Shown here piece after piece: positions 19,147 through 29,825 of a stretch of DNA of 64,000 nucleotides; position 1 is the stretch's first letter, and every line of letters starts with the position of its first letter. The DNA is taken from NCBI GenBank assembly GCA_017744715.1, contig JAGIAT010000011.1, positions 57,617 through 121,616 on the forward strand, written 5' to 3'. Source of the DNA: Niabella sp. (GTDB lineage Bacteria; Bacteroidota; Bacteroidia; Chitinophagales; Chitinophagaceae). Both the position numbers and the translations under genes were made by a program. The notes under the pieces are model-generated. The model was not told where the DNA came from and did no database searches. It was given only the letters and a program-made list of their open reading frames with translations.

Positions 19147-19491
19147 ATGCAGGAAGAACCCACCATTAACTGGTCGGATTTTACAAAGATTGAAATGCGC
19201 GTGGGAACCATTACCCATGCCGAGGTTTTTAAAGAAGCCCATAAACCGGCTTATAAACTTACCATTGATTTTGGAGCTTACGGGCTTTACAAATCCTCGG
19301 CACAGATCACCAAGCTTTATGATGCCGCAGCATTGCCGGGCAAACAGGTGATTGCCGTTTTGAATTTTCCACCCAAACAGATCGCGAATTTTTACAGCGA
19401 ATGCCTGGTGCTGGGCACCGTTGGGGATGCCAATACCATCACCCTGCTTTCACCGGAGCAGCCGGTACCCAACGGCCTGAGAGTGGGATAA
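19147..19491 (+). CDS. tRNA-binding (CsaA/EMAP-type OB-fold) protein
   Basis: [16 protein letters not shown]...KLTIDFG is a CsaA-like sequence. The internal ATG at 19147 gives the expected ~114 aa. Confidence 0.8.
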   Translation: MQEEPTINWSDFTKIEMRVGTITHAEVFKEAHKPAYKLTIDFGAYGLYKSSAQITKLYDAAALPGKQVIAVLNFPPKQIANFYSECLVLGTVGDANTITLLSPEQPVPNGLRVG

Positions 19492-19516
19492 CCCAACTGT
19501 TTTTAAACGAACGCCA

Positions 19517-20029
19517 ATGATCGAAGTTATTACCGGAGATATTACAAAGGTGGCTGCGGACGCCATTGTAAACGCCGCCAACACATCGCTGATGGGTGGC
19601 GGTGGTGTGGATGGAGCCATTCACCGTGCCGGAGGCCCGGAGATTCTTGCTGAATGCAGAAAGATCGTTGCCCGCCAGGGCGGATGTAAAACCGGTGATG
19701 CCGTTGTTACTACCGCGGGCCGGCTTCCGGCGAAATATGTGATCCATACCGTTGGCCCGGTATGGAACGGCGGTCAGAAACGGGAAGCAGCCAAACTGCA
19801 GGCCTGTTATATGCATTCACTGGAACAGGCCGTACTGTACCAGTGTCAAAGCATCGCCTTTCCCGGCATCAGCACCGGTATTTATGGTTACCCGAAGAAA
19901 GAAGCTGCCGCCATTGCTGTAAATACCGTACTGCAGTTCCTGCAGCAGCCCTCAACTATTGAAAAAGTATTCTTTGTTTGTTTCGATGCGGAGTACGAAC
20001 AGTATATCCGGCAGGAGTGCAGCCGGTAA
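19517..20029 (+). CDS. macro-domain O-acetyl-ADP-ribose deacetylase
   Basis: [34 protein letters not shown] is a YmdB-type motif. Confidence 0.9.
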   Translation: MIEVITGDITKVAADAIVNAANTSLMGGGGVDGAIHRAGGPEILAECRKIVARQGGCKTGDAVVTTAGRLPAKYVIHTVGPVWNGGQKREAAKLQACYMHSLEQAVLYQCQSIAFPGISTGIYGYPKKEAAAIAVNTVLQFLQQPSTIEKVFFVCFDAEYEQYIRQECSR

Positions 20030-20241
20030 TCCGCTTCTGTTCCACCGGTATGCACAGATCCCTGCCACCGTCAGGGCGCATAATCCAGGGGAAGCATATT
20101 CCCTACACTGTTACTCCACCCCCAATAGCCGGCAATATAGCTACAATCATAAACAGGCCGCTATTTCCTCCTGCTAAAATTTTTCATTTTTCGTGGATAT
20201 GCCTGCCGTGTGGTTTCCTGTATAATATGTTAACTTGCTGT

Positions 20242-21540
20242 ATGAATAAACGGATCCCTTTTTTTCTTGGTGCCGGGCTGCTGGCATCGCTGGTAATGTA
20301 CGGGCAGGATAAGGCCGCTGCCATCAGCAAACAGGCGGAAGCACTGCAGGCAAAGCTTTCGGAATGGCGCCGCCATATCCATCAAAACCCGGAGTTGAGT
20401 AACCGGGAATTTAAAACGCAGCAATACGTGCTGGCACATCTAAAAAAGCTGGGGATCGAAACACAGCAGCTGGCCAAAACCGGAGTAGTGGGGATCCTGA
20501 AAGGAGGCAAACCCGGGCCTGTAATTGCGCTGCGGGCCGATATGGACGCCCTGCCTGTTTTAGAGCGGAATGAGCTTCCTTTTAAATCTACCGCTAAAGG
20601 CGAATACCTTGGAAAGGAAGTACCGGTAATGCATGCCTGCGGACACGATGCGCATGTAGCCATGCTGATGGGCGCCGCTGAAGTCCTTGCAGGGATGAAG
20701 TCCGACATTCCCGGAACGGTTAAATTCATCTTTCAGCCCGCCGAAGAAGGCGCACCCGGTGATGAGGAAGGAGGAGCCGAATTAATGGTAAAGGAAGGCG
20801 TGCTGGAACATCCGAAGGTAGCGGCCGTTTTCGGGATGCATATTGAAAGCTGGATCGAGGAAGGGAAAATTTTTTATAAACCAGGACCGTTTATGGCCGC
20901 CAGTGATTGGTTTACCATTAAACTAAAAGGAAGCCAGTCGCATGGTGCGCAACCCTGGAAAGGCGTGGATCCCATCGCCATCAGCGCACAGATCATTAAT
21001 GCGCTGCAACAGATCGTGAGCCGGCAGGAGGATCTTACCCGGGCGCCGGTGGTGCTTACCGTTGGCAAGATCAACGCGGGTGTACGCAACAACATTATTC
21101 CGGAGGAACTGGAAATGGCCGGTACCATCCGTACATTTGATACAGCCATGCAGCGCGATGTACACCGGCGGATCCGGCAGATTACCGAAGGCATTGCGGC
21201 GGCCAACGGCGCTTCCGCCAACATAATGATCCGGAACAATACACCAGTTACGTACAATAACCCGGAGCTGACACGAAAGATCATTCCTGTTCTCGAGAAA
21301 GCTGTAGGCCGTGAAAATGTACAGGAAACCAGCTGGGTAACCGGCGCTGAAGATTTTGCCTTTTACGGTAAAGATACACCGGCAGTATTTCTTTACTATG
21401 GCGGCATGCCTAAAGGCAATGACTCATCCAAAGCTCCGCCGCATCATACGCCCGACTTTATGATATCGGACCGCATGCTCTACAATGGGGTAAAAATATT
21501 TTGTAACCTGGTATTTGACTATGCAACGCTACCTAAATAA
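20242..21540 (+). CDS. M20D-family amidohydrolase (N-acyl-amino-acid amidohydrolase/hippuricase-like), secreted
   Basis: Internal start MNKRIPFFLGAGLLAS (signal peptide). HQNPELSNREFKT and MHACGHDAH are M20D motifs. Confidence 0.85.
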   Translation: MNKRIPFFLGAGLLASLVMYGQDKAAAISKQAEALQAKLSEWRRHIHQNPELSNREFKTQQYVLAHLKKLGIETQQLAKTGVVGILKGGKPGPVIALRADMDALPVLERNELPFKSTAKGEYLGKEVPVMHACGHDAHVAMLMGAAEVLAGMKSDIPGTVKFIFQPAEEGAPGDEEGGAELMVKEGVLEHPKVAAVFGMHIESWIEEGKIFYKPGPFMAASDWFTIKLKGSQSHGAQPWKGVDPIAISAQIINALQQIVSRQEDLTRAPVVLTVGKINAGVRNNIIPEELEMAGTIRTFDTAMQRDVHRRIRQITEGIAAANGASANIMIRNNTPVTYNNPELTRKIIPVLEKAVGRENVQETSWVTGAEDFAFYGKDTPAVFLYYGGMPKGNDSSKAPPHHTPDFMISDRMLYNGVKIFCNLVFDYATLPK

Positions 21541-21641
21541 ATAGAAAGGCCACCGTTCTGTTTATACAACAGGGCCCGGCGTTCCTGATTCCACGCCGGC
21601 GGCAGCGATTACCAACAAGCCGGTTTGAAAAACAGTCCGGT

Positions 21642-22718
21642 TTATTTTTTATCAAGCAAGGCGGCCAGCTTCTGATCCAGATCTTCACCGCGCAGGTCTT
21701 TTGCCAGGATCTTTCCATCGGGACCTACCAGCAGGTTCCGCGGGATGGCCGTGATCCGGTATTTCTGGGCTACTTCATTCTCCCAGCCTTTCAGATCGCT
21801 CACCTGCGTCCAGGTAAGCTCATCTTTTTTTATGGCCGCCATCCAGCGGTCCGCTTCTTCATCAAGCGAAACGCCCAGCACCGTAAAGTTTTTGTCTTTG
21901 TATTTCTTAAAGGTCTTTACCAGGTTTACATTCTCTCTCCGGCAGGGCCCGCACCAGCTTGCCCAAAAATCAACCAGCACATATTTACCGCGGAACTGGG
22001 CCAGCGATACTTCCCTGCCGCTGGTGTCCTTCTGCGAAAAATCGGTTGCAATACTTCCTACGGCATTAAACCGGGCATCGATAAGGGCCTTCTTCAGTTG
22101 CCCGCCAATAGCCGAACTCATCGCTTCGGCGGTAAGCACCTTTGCTCTTTTTTCCAGTATTGAAACATCTTCTGTAAAACCGATGGTAGACAGGATCACC
22201 ATGGCACTTACGGGTGAAGACGGGTGTTTGCTTATAAACTTATCTACGCTAGTCTGAATATCATCTATCTGCGCTTTCATGGCATTGGTCAGTCCCGGGT
22301 CCGCCGCATTCGACTGCAATTGCATACCCAGCTGATCAACCTTTTCAAACTTTGGAATAAACGCGTCCTGGAACTCGGTAAATGCGTCCTGCGTTTTTGA
22401 CCCGGTAAATTTCCAGTCGTCTATTTTTGTTTTTACAGAGCCCGATACCTTTACATTTTCGTTTCCCAGGAATACTGCCGTCTTCATGGTATCCCCTACC
22501 ATCAACCCCAGGAGGGTGGCGGCTTCCAGTTTACTGCTCAATACAAAATTTCCGGCTTTCGATTTGGTTTCACCCAATGGGGTTGACCCGTTTTCCAGGT
22601 CGATCAATACAACAGCTGTATTATCCGGCAATCCATCCACCGACCCTGTCAGCGTTAATTTTTGAGCCATAGTGCACAACGGCAATACCAATGCAAGAAG
22701 AAGACTGATTTTATTCAT
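21642..22718 (-). CDS. TlpA-family thiol:disulfide oxidoreductase (DUF4369 + thioredoxin fold)
   Basis: Signal peptide plus the WASWCGPCRRE active site. Confidence 0.85.
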   Translation of the reverse strand: MNKISLLLALVLPLCTMAQKLTLTGSVDGLPDNTAVVLIDLENGSTPLGETKSKAGNFVLSSKLEAATLLGLMVGDTMKTAVFLGNENVKVSGSVKTKIDDWKFTGSKTQDAFTEFQDAFIPKFEKVDQLGMQLQSNAADPGLTNAMKAQIDDIQTSVDKFISKHPSSPVSAMVILSTIGFTEDVSILEKRAKVLTAEAMSSAIGGQLKKALIDARFNAVGSIATDFSQKDTSGREVSLAQFRGKYVLVDFWASWCGPCRRENVNLVKTFKKYKDKNFTVLGVSLDEEADRWMAAIKKDELTWTQVSDLKGWENEVAQKYRITAIPRNLLVGPDGKILAKDLRGEDLDQKLAALLDKK

Positions 22719-22967
22719 TTAGATCGGATTTTTATAGTAGGAGGTGTTTAAGCACCCGCTCCCAGTAAAACAAGATTACACTTTTTTTGTTGCGCCCGCT
22801 GATAACGGAAACTGCGTCAACGCCTGTTCCTTTTTTGAACTTACCCGGCGATGCTGATAATACATTGATTACCTGACGCCCGTGGCAACGGGTTGGTGCC
22901 GGAGGCGCTTATGATTTAGCAAAATATTAATAACTGCGGCTAACCCCGGAAGATCCTGATGAACGGA

Positions 22968-23741
22968 TCAACCCAACACATTTTTAATGAAATGGCGGGT
23001 AGCGGCGGCCAGATCCGTTTGGCCGTCCAGTGCTTTTATATACGCAGAACCGATGATGGCTCCGTTTGCATACTTGCAGGCCCTGGAAAACGTATCCTGG
23101 TCTTTAATACCAAACCCCACGAGCACAGGGTTGTTCAACCCGTAATGTTGTAACCGTTCCAGGTATTGTTCCACTGCAGAAAAATCTTTTTCATTGCCGG
23201 TAGTTGATGAAGACGACACGGCATACAGAAAGCCGCTGCTTAGCGCATCCAGTTTCCTTACCCGCTCTTCGGAGGTTTCAGGAGTTACCAGGAAAATAAA
23301 GCTGAGGCCGTACCGGTCTACAATTGCCTTATAGGTCGTTTCAAATTCAAAGGGCGGCAGGTCCGGAAGGATCAGTCCGTCTACACCCGCAGCAGCGGCA
23401 TCTGCACAAAACTTTTCAAAGCCATATTGCAATACCGGGTTCATATATCCCATCAGCACCACCGGTATGTGGATATGGTTGCGCATCGGCTTCAACTGTT
23501 CAAACAATAGCGAAAGGGTCATTCCGCCCTGCAATGCAATGGTGCTGCTGTTCTGGATCACCGCTCCATCTGCCAGCGGGTCGCTGTAAGGCATTCCCAA
23601 TTCAATAATATCCGCTCCGTTTTCCTGCAGTGCCTCCATTACCGGTAATGTGCTGTTTACCTGCGGAAAGCCTGCGGTACAATATACATTTAATACGTTC
23701 TTTCCCTTTTTTGCAAATAGTTCTTTTAAGCGGCTCATCAA
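22968..23741 (-). CDS. trpA: tryptophan synthase alpha chain
   Basis: 257-aa ORF, TrpA-like throughout (ELGMPYSDPLADG). Confidence 0.95.
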   Translation of the reverse strand: MMSRLKELFAKKGKNVLNVYCTAGFPQVNSTLPVMEALQENGADIIELGMPYSDPLADGAVIQNSSTIALQGGMTLSLLFEQLKPMRNHIHIPVVLMGYMNPVLQYGFEKFCADAAAAGVDGLILPDLPPFEFETTYKAIVDRYGLSFIFLVTPETSEERVRKLDALSSGFLYAVSSSSTTGNEKDFSAVEQYLERLQHYGLNNPVLVGFGIKDQDTFSRACKYANGAIIGSAYIKALDGQTDLAAATRHFIKNVLG

Positions 23742-23810
23742 TATTCTTTTATTAATCCTTCTCTTCTTTAAGTTATTTCATTTAAAACGGCATCATTGGA
23801 GTGCCTGGGG

Positions 23811-25007
23811 TTATCTCTTCGCCCCCATGACGTTCATATAGGTTTCCATATCCTTATCACCCCTACCGCTCAGGCACACCACTATATGGTCGTCCTTTGC
23901 AAAAGAAACCTTATTGAGTGCCGCCAGTGCATGCGCGCTTTCCAACGCCGGAATGATACCTTCCAGTTTGGCCAGTTCAAATGCCGCATCCAGTGCCTCC
24001 TGGTCGGTTGCGTTCAAAAAGGTGCCCCTTCCGGTTACAAACAGGTTTGCGTGCATGGGCCCGATGCCCGGATAATCCAGGCCCGCGGAAATACTGTAAG
24101 GTTCTTCTACCTGGCCATCCGGCGTTTGCATCAGGAAGCTCTTACTTCCATGCAGGATACCGGGTTTACCCAGCTGGGTGGCGGCCGCACTCATGTGGGT
24201 ATCTATCCCGCAACCTGCGGCTTCCACGGCATAAATACCTACAGAAGGTTCATCCAGGAAATGATAAAATGTTCCGGCTGCATTACTGCCGCCCCCTACA
24301 CAGGCGATCACCGCACGGGGCAGTTCCGTTCCGATTTTCTCCGCCAGTTGTGTTCGGATTTCCTTACTGATCACGCTTTGAAAACGGGCCACCATATCCG
24401 GATACGGATGCGGACCTACCACGCTGCCAATAATATAAAACGTGTCATTGGGATTGTTGATCCAGTCGCGGATGGCTTCATTAGTGGCATCCTTTAATGT
24501 TTTGCTGCCGCTTTTGGCAGGAATTACCGTAGCGCCCAGCATTTTCATCCGGGCCACATTGGGTGCCTGGCGCTCAATATCTTTTTCACCCATATATACG
24601 ATGCATTCCAGTCCTTTCAGTGCGCATACAGTAGCAGTGGCTACTCCGTGCTGGCCGGCGCCGGTTTCCGCAATAATGCGTTTCTTACCCAAACGTTCTG
24701 CCACCAGTATCTGGCCAATGGTATTGTTTACTTTGTGGGCGCCCGTATGACAAAGGTCTTCCCGTTTCAGGTATACGTTGGTGCCGTACTTTTCACTCAG
24801 CCTTGCAGCATAGTACAGGGGCGTTGGCCGTCCTGCATAATCGGTAAGCAACAGCTGATATTCTTTCTGAAAAGCCGGGTCTGCAATGATCTTTAAGTAA
24901 TTTTCCCGCAGTTCCTCTACATTCCGGTACAACATTTCGGGGATATATGCTCCGCCGAATTCCCCGTAATAGCCCTGCTCATCCGGTTGTTTATATGATA
25001 CCTGCAT
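23811..25007 (-). CDS. trpB: tryptophan synthase beta chain
   Basis: 398-aa ORF with the PLP-lysine region HTGAHKVNN and GGGSNAAG. Confidence 0.97.
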   Translation of the reverse strand: MQVSYKQPDEQGYYGEFGGAYIPEMLYRNVEELRENYLKIIADPAFQKEYQLLLTDYAGRPTPLYYAARLSEKYGTNVYLKREDLCHTGAHKVNNTIGQILVAERLGKKRIIAETGAGQHGVATATVCALKGLECIVYMGEKDIERQAPNVARMKMLGATVIPAKSGSKTLKDATNEAIRDWINNPNDTFYIIGSVVGPHPYPDMVARFQSVISKEIRTQLAEKIGTELPRAVIACVGGGSNAAGTFYHFLDEPSVGIYAVEAAGCGIDTHMSAAATQLGKPGILHGSKSFLMQTPDGQVEEPYSISAGLDYPGIGPMHANLFVTGRGTFLNATDQEALDAAFELAKLEGIIPALESAHALAALNKVSFAKDDHIVVCLSGRGDKDMETYMNVMGAKR

Positions 25008-25316
25008 ATTTATTTATTCGAGATATTTTTTGTTGAGGCGTAAAGATACATGAAATGTATTTTATTACCGGTTTGTACATCCGCAGCGGGCGGTCATAAA
25101 GCAGTGCTGCGATTGATTTTACCGCGAAGGCACAGCGGCCGTCAACATAACGCGGAGGGCCGGGAAGATTTTAAAACGCGCATCTGTTTAGCAATGCTGT
25201 GGCTGGTCTTACACAACCCCATGAAATTGAGTTCCGTAGTCCTGTGTGCAAAGAAAAATTTTGATTCGCCCTTTTCACCGGCGTATATTTATAAAGCCCC
25301 GGCACAACAGGGTTCC

Positions 25317-25520
25317 ATGAACTTTATTTTAGACGATAACAGGACACAGCCTGAAAAGGATGCACAGCAGCCGGCTTTTTTGAACAATATCCGTTTTACA
25401 GCGGACGCCATCGTTCATCTGGCGGAAAGAACAACGCGCCTTAATATTTCAGAATGGATATGGCATATTGAAATTATCGATGGTAGGGAATGGTACATTG
25501 TAACGGATAAAAAAGCCTGA
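25317..25520 (+). CDS. hypothetical small protein (67 aa), weakly supported
   Basis: Only the distal part of track ORF 25050..25520 looks protein-like. I recognised no homology. Confidence 0.25.
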   Translation: MNFILDDNRTQPEKDAQQPAFLNNIRFTADAIVHLAERTTRLNISEWIWHIEIIDGREWYIVTDKKA

Positions 25521-25586
25521 AACAGCAGTCTTCGGCAAAACAAACCTTAAGGTTTGAAGGTATATTGTATGCCCGGCCCGCTGTTT

Positions 25587-27575
25587 TTATTGCATCAGAT
25601 CATACTTGGTGCGTGGCCGTTCCGCCTCCCGCCAACGGAAATCCTTCAACCGCATCTCGTCCGGTGATTTGTCTTTTATGGGATAAAGGGTTCCGGTCGC
25701 CTGACTTCGAAGTACCACTTTTTTGAGTTCCTTGTCCCAGAAATAAGCATCGAGTATATCTGAAGTGGTTTGATTTACGCCGATATAAGAACTATCTGCA
25801 TCCTGTACATAATAAATGCATTCTGCAGATCCTTTTGCCCGTACCGAGTCCATATTGCCATCCGTAAAATAACCGTCGAGCCGGGTAGCTTTTACCTGGT
25901 TATAGGCCTGGTCTTCTATATGATTGATCATAAAGCCTCTTTTGTAGGCTTCAAAGCGATTGATCTGCTTATTTTTGGTATGCAGCATAATGGTGTCGCC
26001 GGTTATCTGGCTGGCCTTTCCCCAAACCACAGGATCCTGGTACAGGCGGAAGGTGGAATCTTTAAAAGAATAAAATAAACTATCGCAAACTGCCTGCAGC
26101 GAATCGCTGTAGATTTTCACATGATGAAAAGCTTCAAAATACCGGTTGGTACTGTCGTTGGCCGCCTGGCTCTTTGAAGATGGCACGGCTTTGCCCGGCG
26201 CTTTGGGAGCCGCAGCCTTAGCCGTAGCCGGATTGTTTACCGTTGTTTCCAGCGCTTTCGGCACATCTGTAATGGCTTTACCGGGTATGCTGTCGCGCAC
26301 AACCGCTTTATGCTCCGGATCTACCGATGAAGGCAGCGGAATTGCTTTGGTATTTTTTGCGGCAACAGCCGGTGCTTTTGCCGCCCTTTCCGGCTTTATA
26401 AATTCCGTTACGGGTTTCTCCGGTACATTTTTATTTGCGCCGGCAGCAACCGGCTTTGCTGTTGCCGAGTCCTTGGCCACCATTTCCGTATTGCTGCCCG
26501 GGGCTACGGCATTGGGATTGATGCCGATCGAATCCGGCAGTGCGGGATTCAATGTATCCGGCTTTATCTTAATACTGTCGCCGCCCAGTGCCGGAGACAC
26601 TACATACAGGTCGGTAAGCTTGGCGCTAAAAAGGGTATCGGCCGTAATAAAGATCGAATCCTCACCCTGCTTGATGATCATCAGCGGCTTTAATGTAGCC
26701 AGCACGGCTTCTGTAACCCGGTTCTGGTAAATCAGGTTTCCGATGATGGTTGTTTTGCGTATGGTGTCAATTACAACGGCATTGCCTTCCGCCTTTGCAA
26801 ATCCCTTATCCAGCGATACCTTGTCTGCTTCTACGGTAACCCCTTTCCCGTCATTGATCAGCGGACGCTGGCCAAACTGGGCATCCCCGTTCTTCAGGTT
26901 GTAATAACCATCCCGGGTATCCATGGTGGCATTGGTACTATCTTTTATATGCGTTAAGGCAATAAAACGCGCTACCCGGTTTTCTGTATTGTACAGCAAT
27001 GAATCGGTGGTGATTTTATACCCCGGGTCGTTTACAAAAACATTCTTTTTAAAATAAACGTCCTTAATATCGGTATAGTAAAAAGCTTCCTTGCTGGTAA
27101 TAACGGTTTTATCATTTACCACCTTACCGCCATTTTTATAGGTAGCAATATTGGTGGTCATATTGTATTCCATGTCCGGCGTGGTCAATGTAGCATGCCC
27201 GTCGGTCAGCCTTACATTTTTATCCAGGTATGCGATCTGTTTGTCTGTGAGATACTTTAAATGCCCGGAATAGATATTGGTGGTATCGGAATCATTGATG
27301 TGCACATTACCCCAGGCCTCAAAGGTGCGGGTGCGATCGTTCCGCACACAGCGGTCACATTTAAAAGTAGTGGCCCCCTGCTTCATTACCACGTTGCCTA
27401 CCAGGATGGTAAGTGTGGTACTATCATCGGCTTTTTTTATCGAAAGGCTGTCGGCATGTATAATATCGATGGGTGCAGATCCACCCGGCGGCGCCGGTTG
27501 CTGTGCACTGATCACTCCCGCCCATGCCAGCAACAGGAACAGGAAACTGTATCTTCTAAAAAGGGATGTCTGCAT
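25587..27575 (-). CDS. OstA/LptA-like repeat protein with a long Ala/Pro/Lys-rich central linker
   Basis: Signal peptide. N- and C-terminal regions resemble OstA_N beta-jellyroll repeats (ADSL..., VMKQGATTFKCD, GDTIMLHTKN), separated by ~140 low-complexity residues. Confidence 0.65.
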   Translation of the reverse strand: MQTSLFRRYSFLFLLLAWAGVISAQQPAPPGGSAPIDIIHADSLSIKKADDSTTLTILVGNVVMKQGATTFKCDRCVRNDRTRTFEAWGNVHINDSDTTNIYSGHLKYLTDKQIAYLDKNVRLTDGHATLTTPDMEYNMTTNIATYKNGGKVVNDKTVITSKEAFYYTDIKDVYFKKNVFVNDPGYKITTDSLLYNTENRVARFIALTHIKDSTNATMDTRDGYYNLKNGDAQFGQRPLINDGKGVTVEADKVSLDKGFAKAEGNAVVIDTIRKTTIIGNLIYQNRVTEAVLATLKPLMIIKQGEDSIFITADTLFSAKLTDLYVVSPALGGDSIKIKPDTLNPALPDSIGINPNAVAPGSNTEMVAKDSATAKPVAAGANKNVPEKPVTEFIKPERAAKAPAVAAKNTKAIPLPSSVDPEHKAVVRDSIPGKAITDVPKALETTVNNPATAKAAAPKAPGKAVPSSKSQAANDSTNRYFEAFHHVKIYSDSLQAVCDSLFYSFKDSTFRLYQDPVVWGKASQITGDTIMLHTKNKQINRFEAYKRGFMINHIEDQAYNQVKATRLDGYFTDGNMDSVRAKGSAECIYYVQDADSSYIGVNQTTSDILDAYFWDKELKKVVLRSQATGTLYPIKDKSPDEMRLKDFRWREAERPRTKYDLMQ

Positions 27576-27576
27576 G

Positions 27577-28560
27577 TTATTTGGGAACGGTATCCTTTAT
27601 AGCAGGTGCAGTAAGCTCGCCTGCTTTATTTTTTTTGCCAAAAACGGAGATATTTACATAACGTTTCGGATGTACGCGAATATCATCCAGCAGGATCTCG
27701 GCACTCAGCGCCACTTCATTGAGCCGGTTATATAATTGCCGGTCGCTCATCAATGCCCCGATGCTGCCTTCCGGACTGGAGATCTTGGTTACCGCATCGC
27801 GCAGGGCAGATACCGTCGTTGTTAGGGTATCCATTGTTTGCTGCAACTGCAGCCGGGAAAGGTTGCCGGTTAACGTGGTCACATTTCCAAGAATCTGGTC
27901 TACCTGGCCATTATTCCGCTTTAAAGATTCGGTAAATACGCTCATATTGTCCAAAGATGCGGCCAGCGGTTTCTGTACGCTGGTCAGCAACAGATTCAGC
28001 GAAGCGATGGTGTTCCGCAAATGTGCGATGGCTTCCTGCAAATTGCGCTGGGTAGGTACATCCAGCGTGTGATTAAAGTTCGATAATAATAAAGTCAGAG
28101 AATCGGCTACGGTTCTTACCTTTCCCATCAGAGGTTTGGCTTCTGAAGAAAGATTACCCAGCAACCCCTCTTCTACCTTGGTTTTGATCTGGTCTTCATC
28201 TCCCAGGTATTGGCGGGCGGTTCCCTTTTCGATCACAACTTCGGATGCTCCCAGCAGGCTTCCCGAAATATAGGCTACCGAGTTGGCAGGTATATTTACA
28301 TCCTCGGTGATGCTGAGCGTTACTTTAATGGAATCTACATTAGCGTTCGATGGCTCAATTTTATAAACGGCACCTATTGCTAACCCATTGATTTTAACAA
28401 AATTGGATTTTTCCAGTCCTCCCACGGACTTAAAAATGGCGTAAATCTTGGGGTTATGATTAAAAATATCCTTCCCTTTCAAAAACCTGAACCCGAATAT
28501 TAAGGCGGTAATAGCCAACACGGCCAAGGCGCCTACTTTAAGTTCATTTGATATTTTCAT
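27577..28560 (-). CDS. MlaD/MCE-family protein
   Basis: N-terminal anchor plus MCE domain (ELKVGALAVLAITALIFGFRFLKG). The stop is 1 nt from the next gene's start. Confidence 0.8.
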   Translation of the reverse strand: MKISNELKVGALAVLAITALIFGFRFLKGKDIFNHNPKIYAIFKSVGGLEKSNFVKINGLAIGAVYKIEPSNANVDSIKVTLSITEDVNIPANSVAYISGSLLGASEVVIEKGTARQYLGDEDQIKTKVEEGLLGNLSSEAKPLMGKVRTVADSLTLLLSNFNHTLDVPTQRNLQEAIAHLRNTIASLNLLLTSVQKPLAASLDNMSVFTESLKRNNGQVDQILGNVTTLTGNLSRLQLQQTMDTLTTTVSALRDAVTKISSPEGSIGALMSDRQLYNRLNEVALSAEILLDDIRVHPKRYVNISVFGKKNKAGELTAPAIKDTVPK

Positions 28561-28706
28561 GAAACATGGTTTAAATTCTCTCTGATGTCAATTAACTCAA
28601 ATTATACTGCAAATAACGTCCGAAAAAATTAAAAACCAGCGTATTTATACTAAAAACTCATTACCGGAATCGTTAATTCTTTGTATAACCACCGATCTGT
28701 AACCCC

Positions 28707-29723
28707 TTATTCTGCCCTGTTTGCAACGGCCAGGGAACCTGGCGCGGCCGTGCTGTATTTTTCTATATAGGTTTTAACAGCGGCGAGGATGCTGTTCACA
28801 ATTTCTTCCTGTCCTTCGGAGCTCATAAGATATGCTTCATCTTCTTTGTTGCTGATAAAACCCATTTCAACCAGGATGCTGGGCATTCCGGTAGCCTGCA
28901 GCACCCAGATCCCCTTGTGGTTCCGCTGCTGTACACCGCGGCTGAGGCGCCCGCCGGCAATAAAATTCTTTTCCACCAACGCAGCCAGCGAATAGCTTTT
29001 GCGGAAATAGTTTTGTGCATAGATCAGCATGCGCACCCGCTCGGCGGGATCATTCACATCCGGAAGCGGCGGCGCATCGCCGCCATCGCCGGTTTCCTCA
29101 TTATAGTAATCCTTATCCTCATCGTCAATATTCTTCATCGAATTCACCTTCTGCTCATTCTTTCCCACGGCCCAGATATAGGTTTCTGTGCCCCTGGCCT
29201 TATTTTCTACCCATACATCCTCGTATTTATTTACATAATAGGTTTTTTTAACTTTCTTTTTCTTTTTACCCTTTCCCACGGTCACCGTTTTTGTATGTGC
29301 TTCCCGGCCGATCACTTTTTTTACATACCAGCCACCGGGTCTTCTGCCCGCCGCATTGCAATGCAGTGAAATAAACAGGTCGCCGTTGCTCCGGTTGGCA
29401 AAATCTGCCCGGTAACGGTTGGCGGCTACGGAATTGGTTAACCCGCCCGGCAAGGCGGATGTGGTCCTTGTTTCCAGGATATTGATGCCTTTGAGCTGGT
29501 TCCGCATGGCGGTGGCCAGTTTTCGCGCTACCTGCAGGGTAATGGAGGCTTCATTGGTTTGCAAGCCCTCCGCGCCCACATCGCTCCCCCCATGTCCCGC
29601 ATCCACGATTATTGTTTTTACGGCTCCCGTCTTTGCCCCCGATGCACCCTGCTGGGCCGAAATACCGGAAAAACAACCTACTGCAACTATGAATAGAATA
29701 AACTGAATGATACTTTTCTTCAT
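28707..29723 (-). CDS. N-acetylmuramoyl-L-alanine amidase (Amidase_3)
   Basis: IIVDAGHGGSDVGA and the C-terminal ILVEMGFISN motifs. I prefer the internal start MKKSIIQF at 29723. Confidence 0.85.
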   Translation of the reverse strand: MKKSIIQFILFIVAVGCFSGISAQQGASGAKTGAVKTIIVDAGHGGSDVGAEGLQTNEASITLQVARKLATAMRNQLKGINILETRTTSALPGGLTNSVAANRYRADFANRSNGDLFISLHCNAAGRRPGGWYVKKVIGREAHTKTVTVGKGKKKKKVKKTYYVNKYEDVWVENKARGTETYIWAVGKNEQKVNSMKNIDDEDKDYYNEETGDGGDAPPLPDVNDPAERVRMLIYAQNYFRKSYSLAALVEKNFIAGGRLSRGVQQRNHKGIWVLQATGMPSILVEMGFISNKEDEAYLMSSEGQEEIVNSILAAVKTYIEKYSTAAPGSLAVANRAE

Positions 29724-29794
29724 ATTTTTTTCAGGCTTGGATGTAATATCTGATTTTAGTTTCAAGCTTCACAAAATCTTTACTATGTTATTTA

Positions 29795-29802
29795 TACATT
29801 TG
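29795..29802 (+). promoter_or_regulatory. candidate -7 promoter box TACATTTG for the lptD-like gene
   Basis: Exact TAnnTTTG match, 8 nt before the TTG at 29811 and 23 nt before the ATG at 29826. Confidence 0.4.
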
Positions 29803-29825
29803 CGCGTACTTTGGCTCAAACCCTA

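Noticed and set aside
25050-25520. 156-aa ORF upstream of trpB
   Set aside because: The N-terminal two-thirds is Arg/Cys/Leu-rich junk overlapping repeat-like sequence. I kept only the last 67 codons as a low-confidence hypothetical gene.
25008-25586. Second tryptophan leader/attenuator upstream of trpBA
   Set aside because: I found no short ORF with clustered TGG codons (CCA on the plus strand) and no terminator-like hairpin before trpB on the minus strand.
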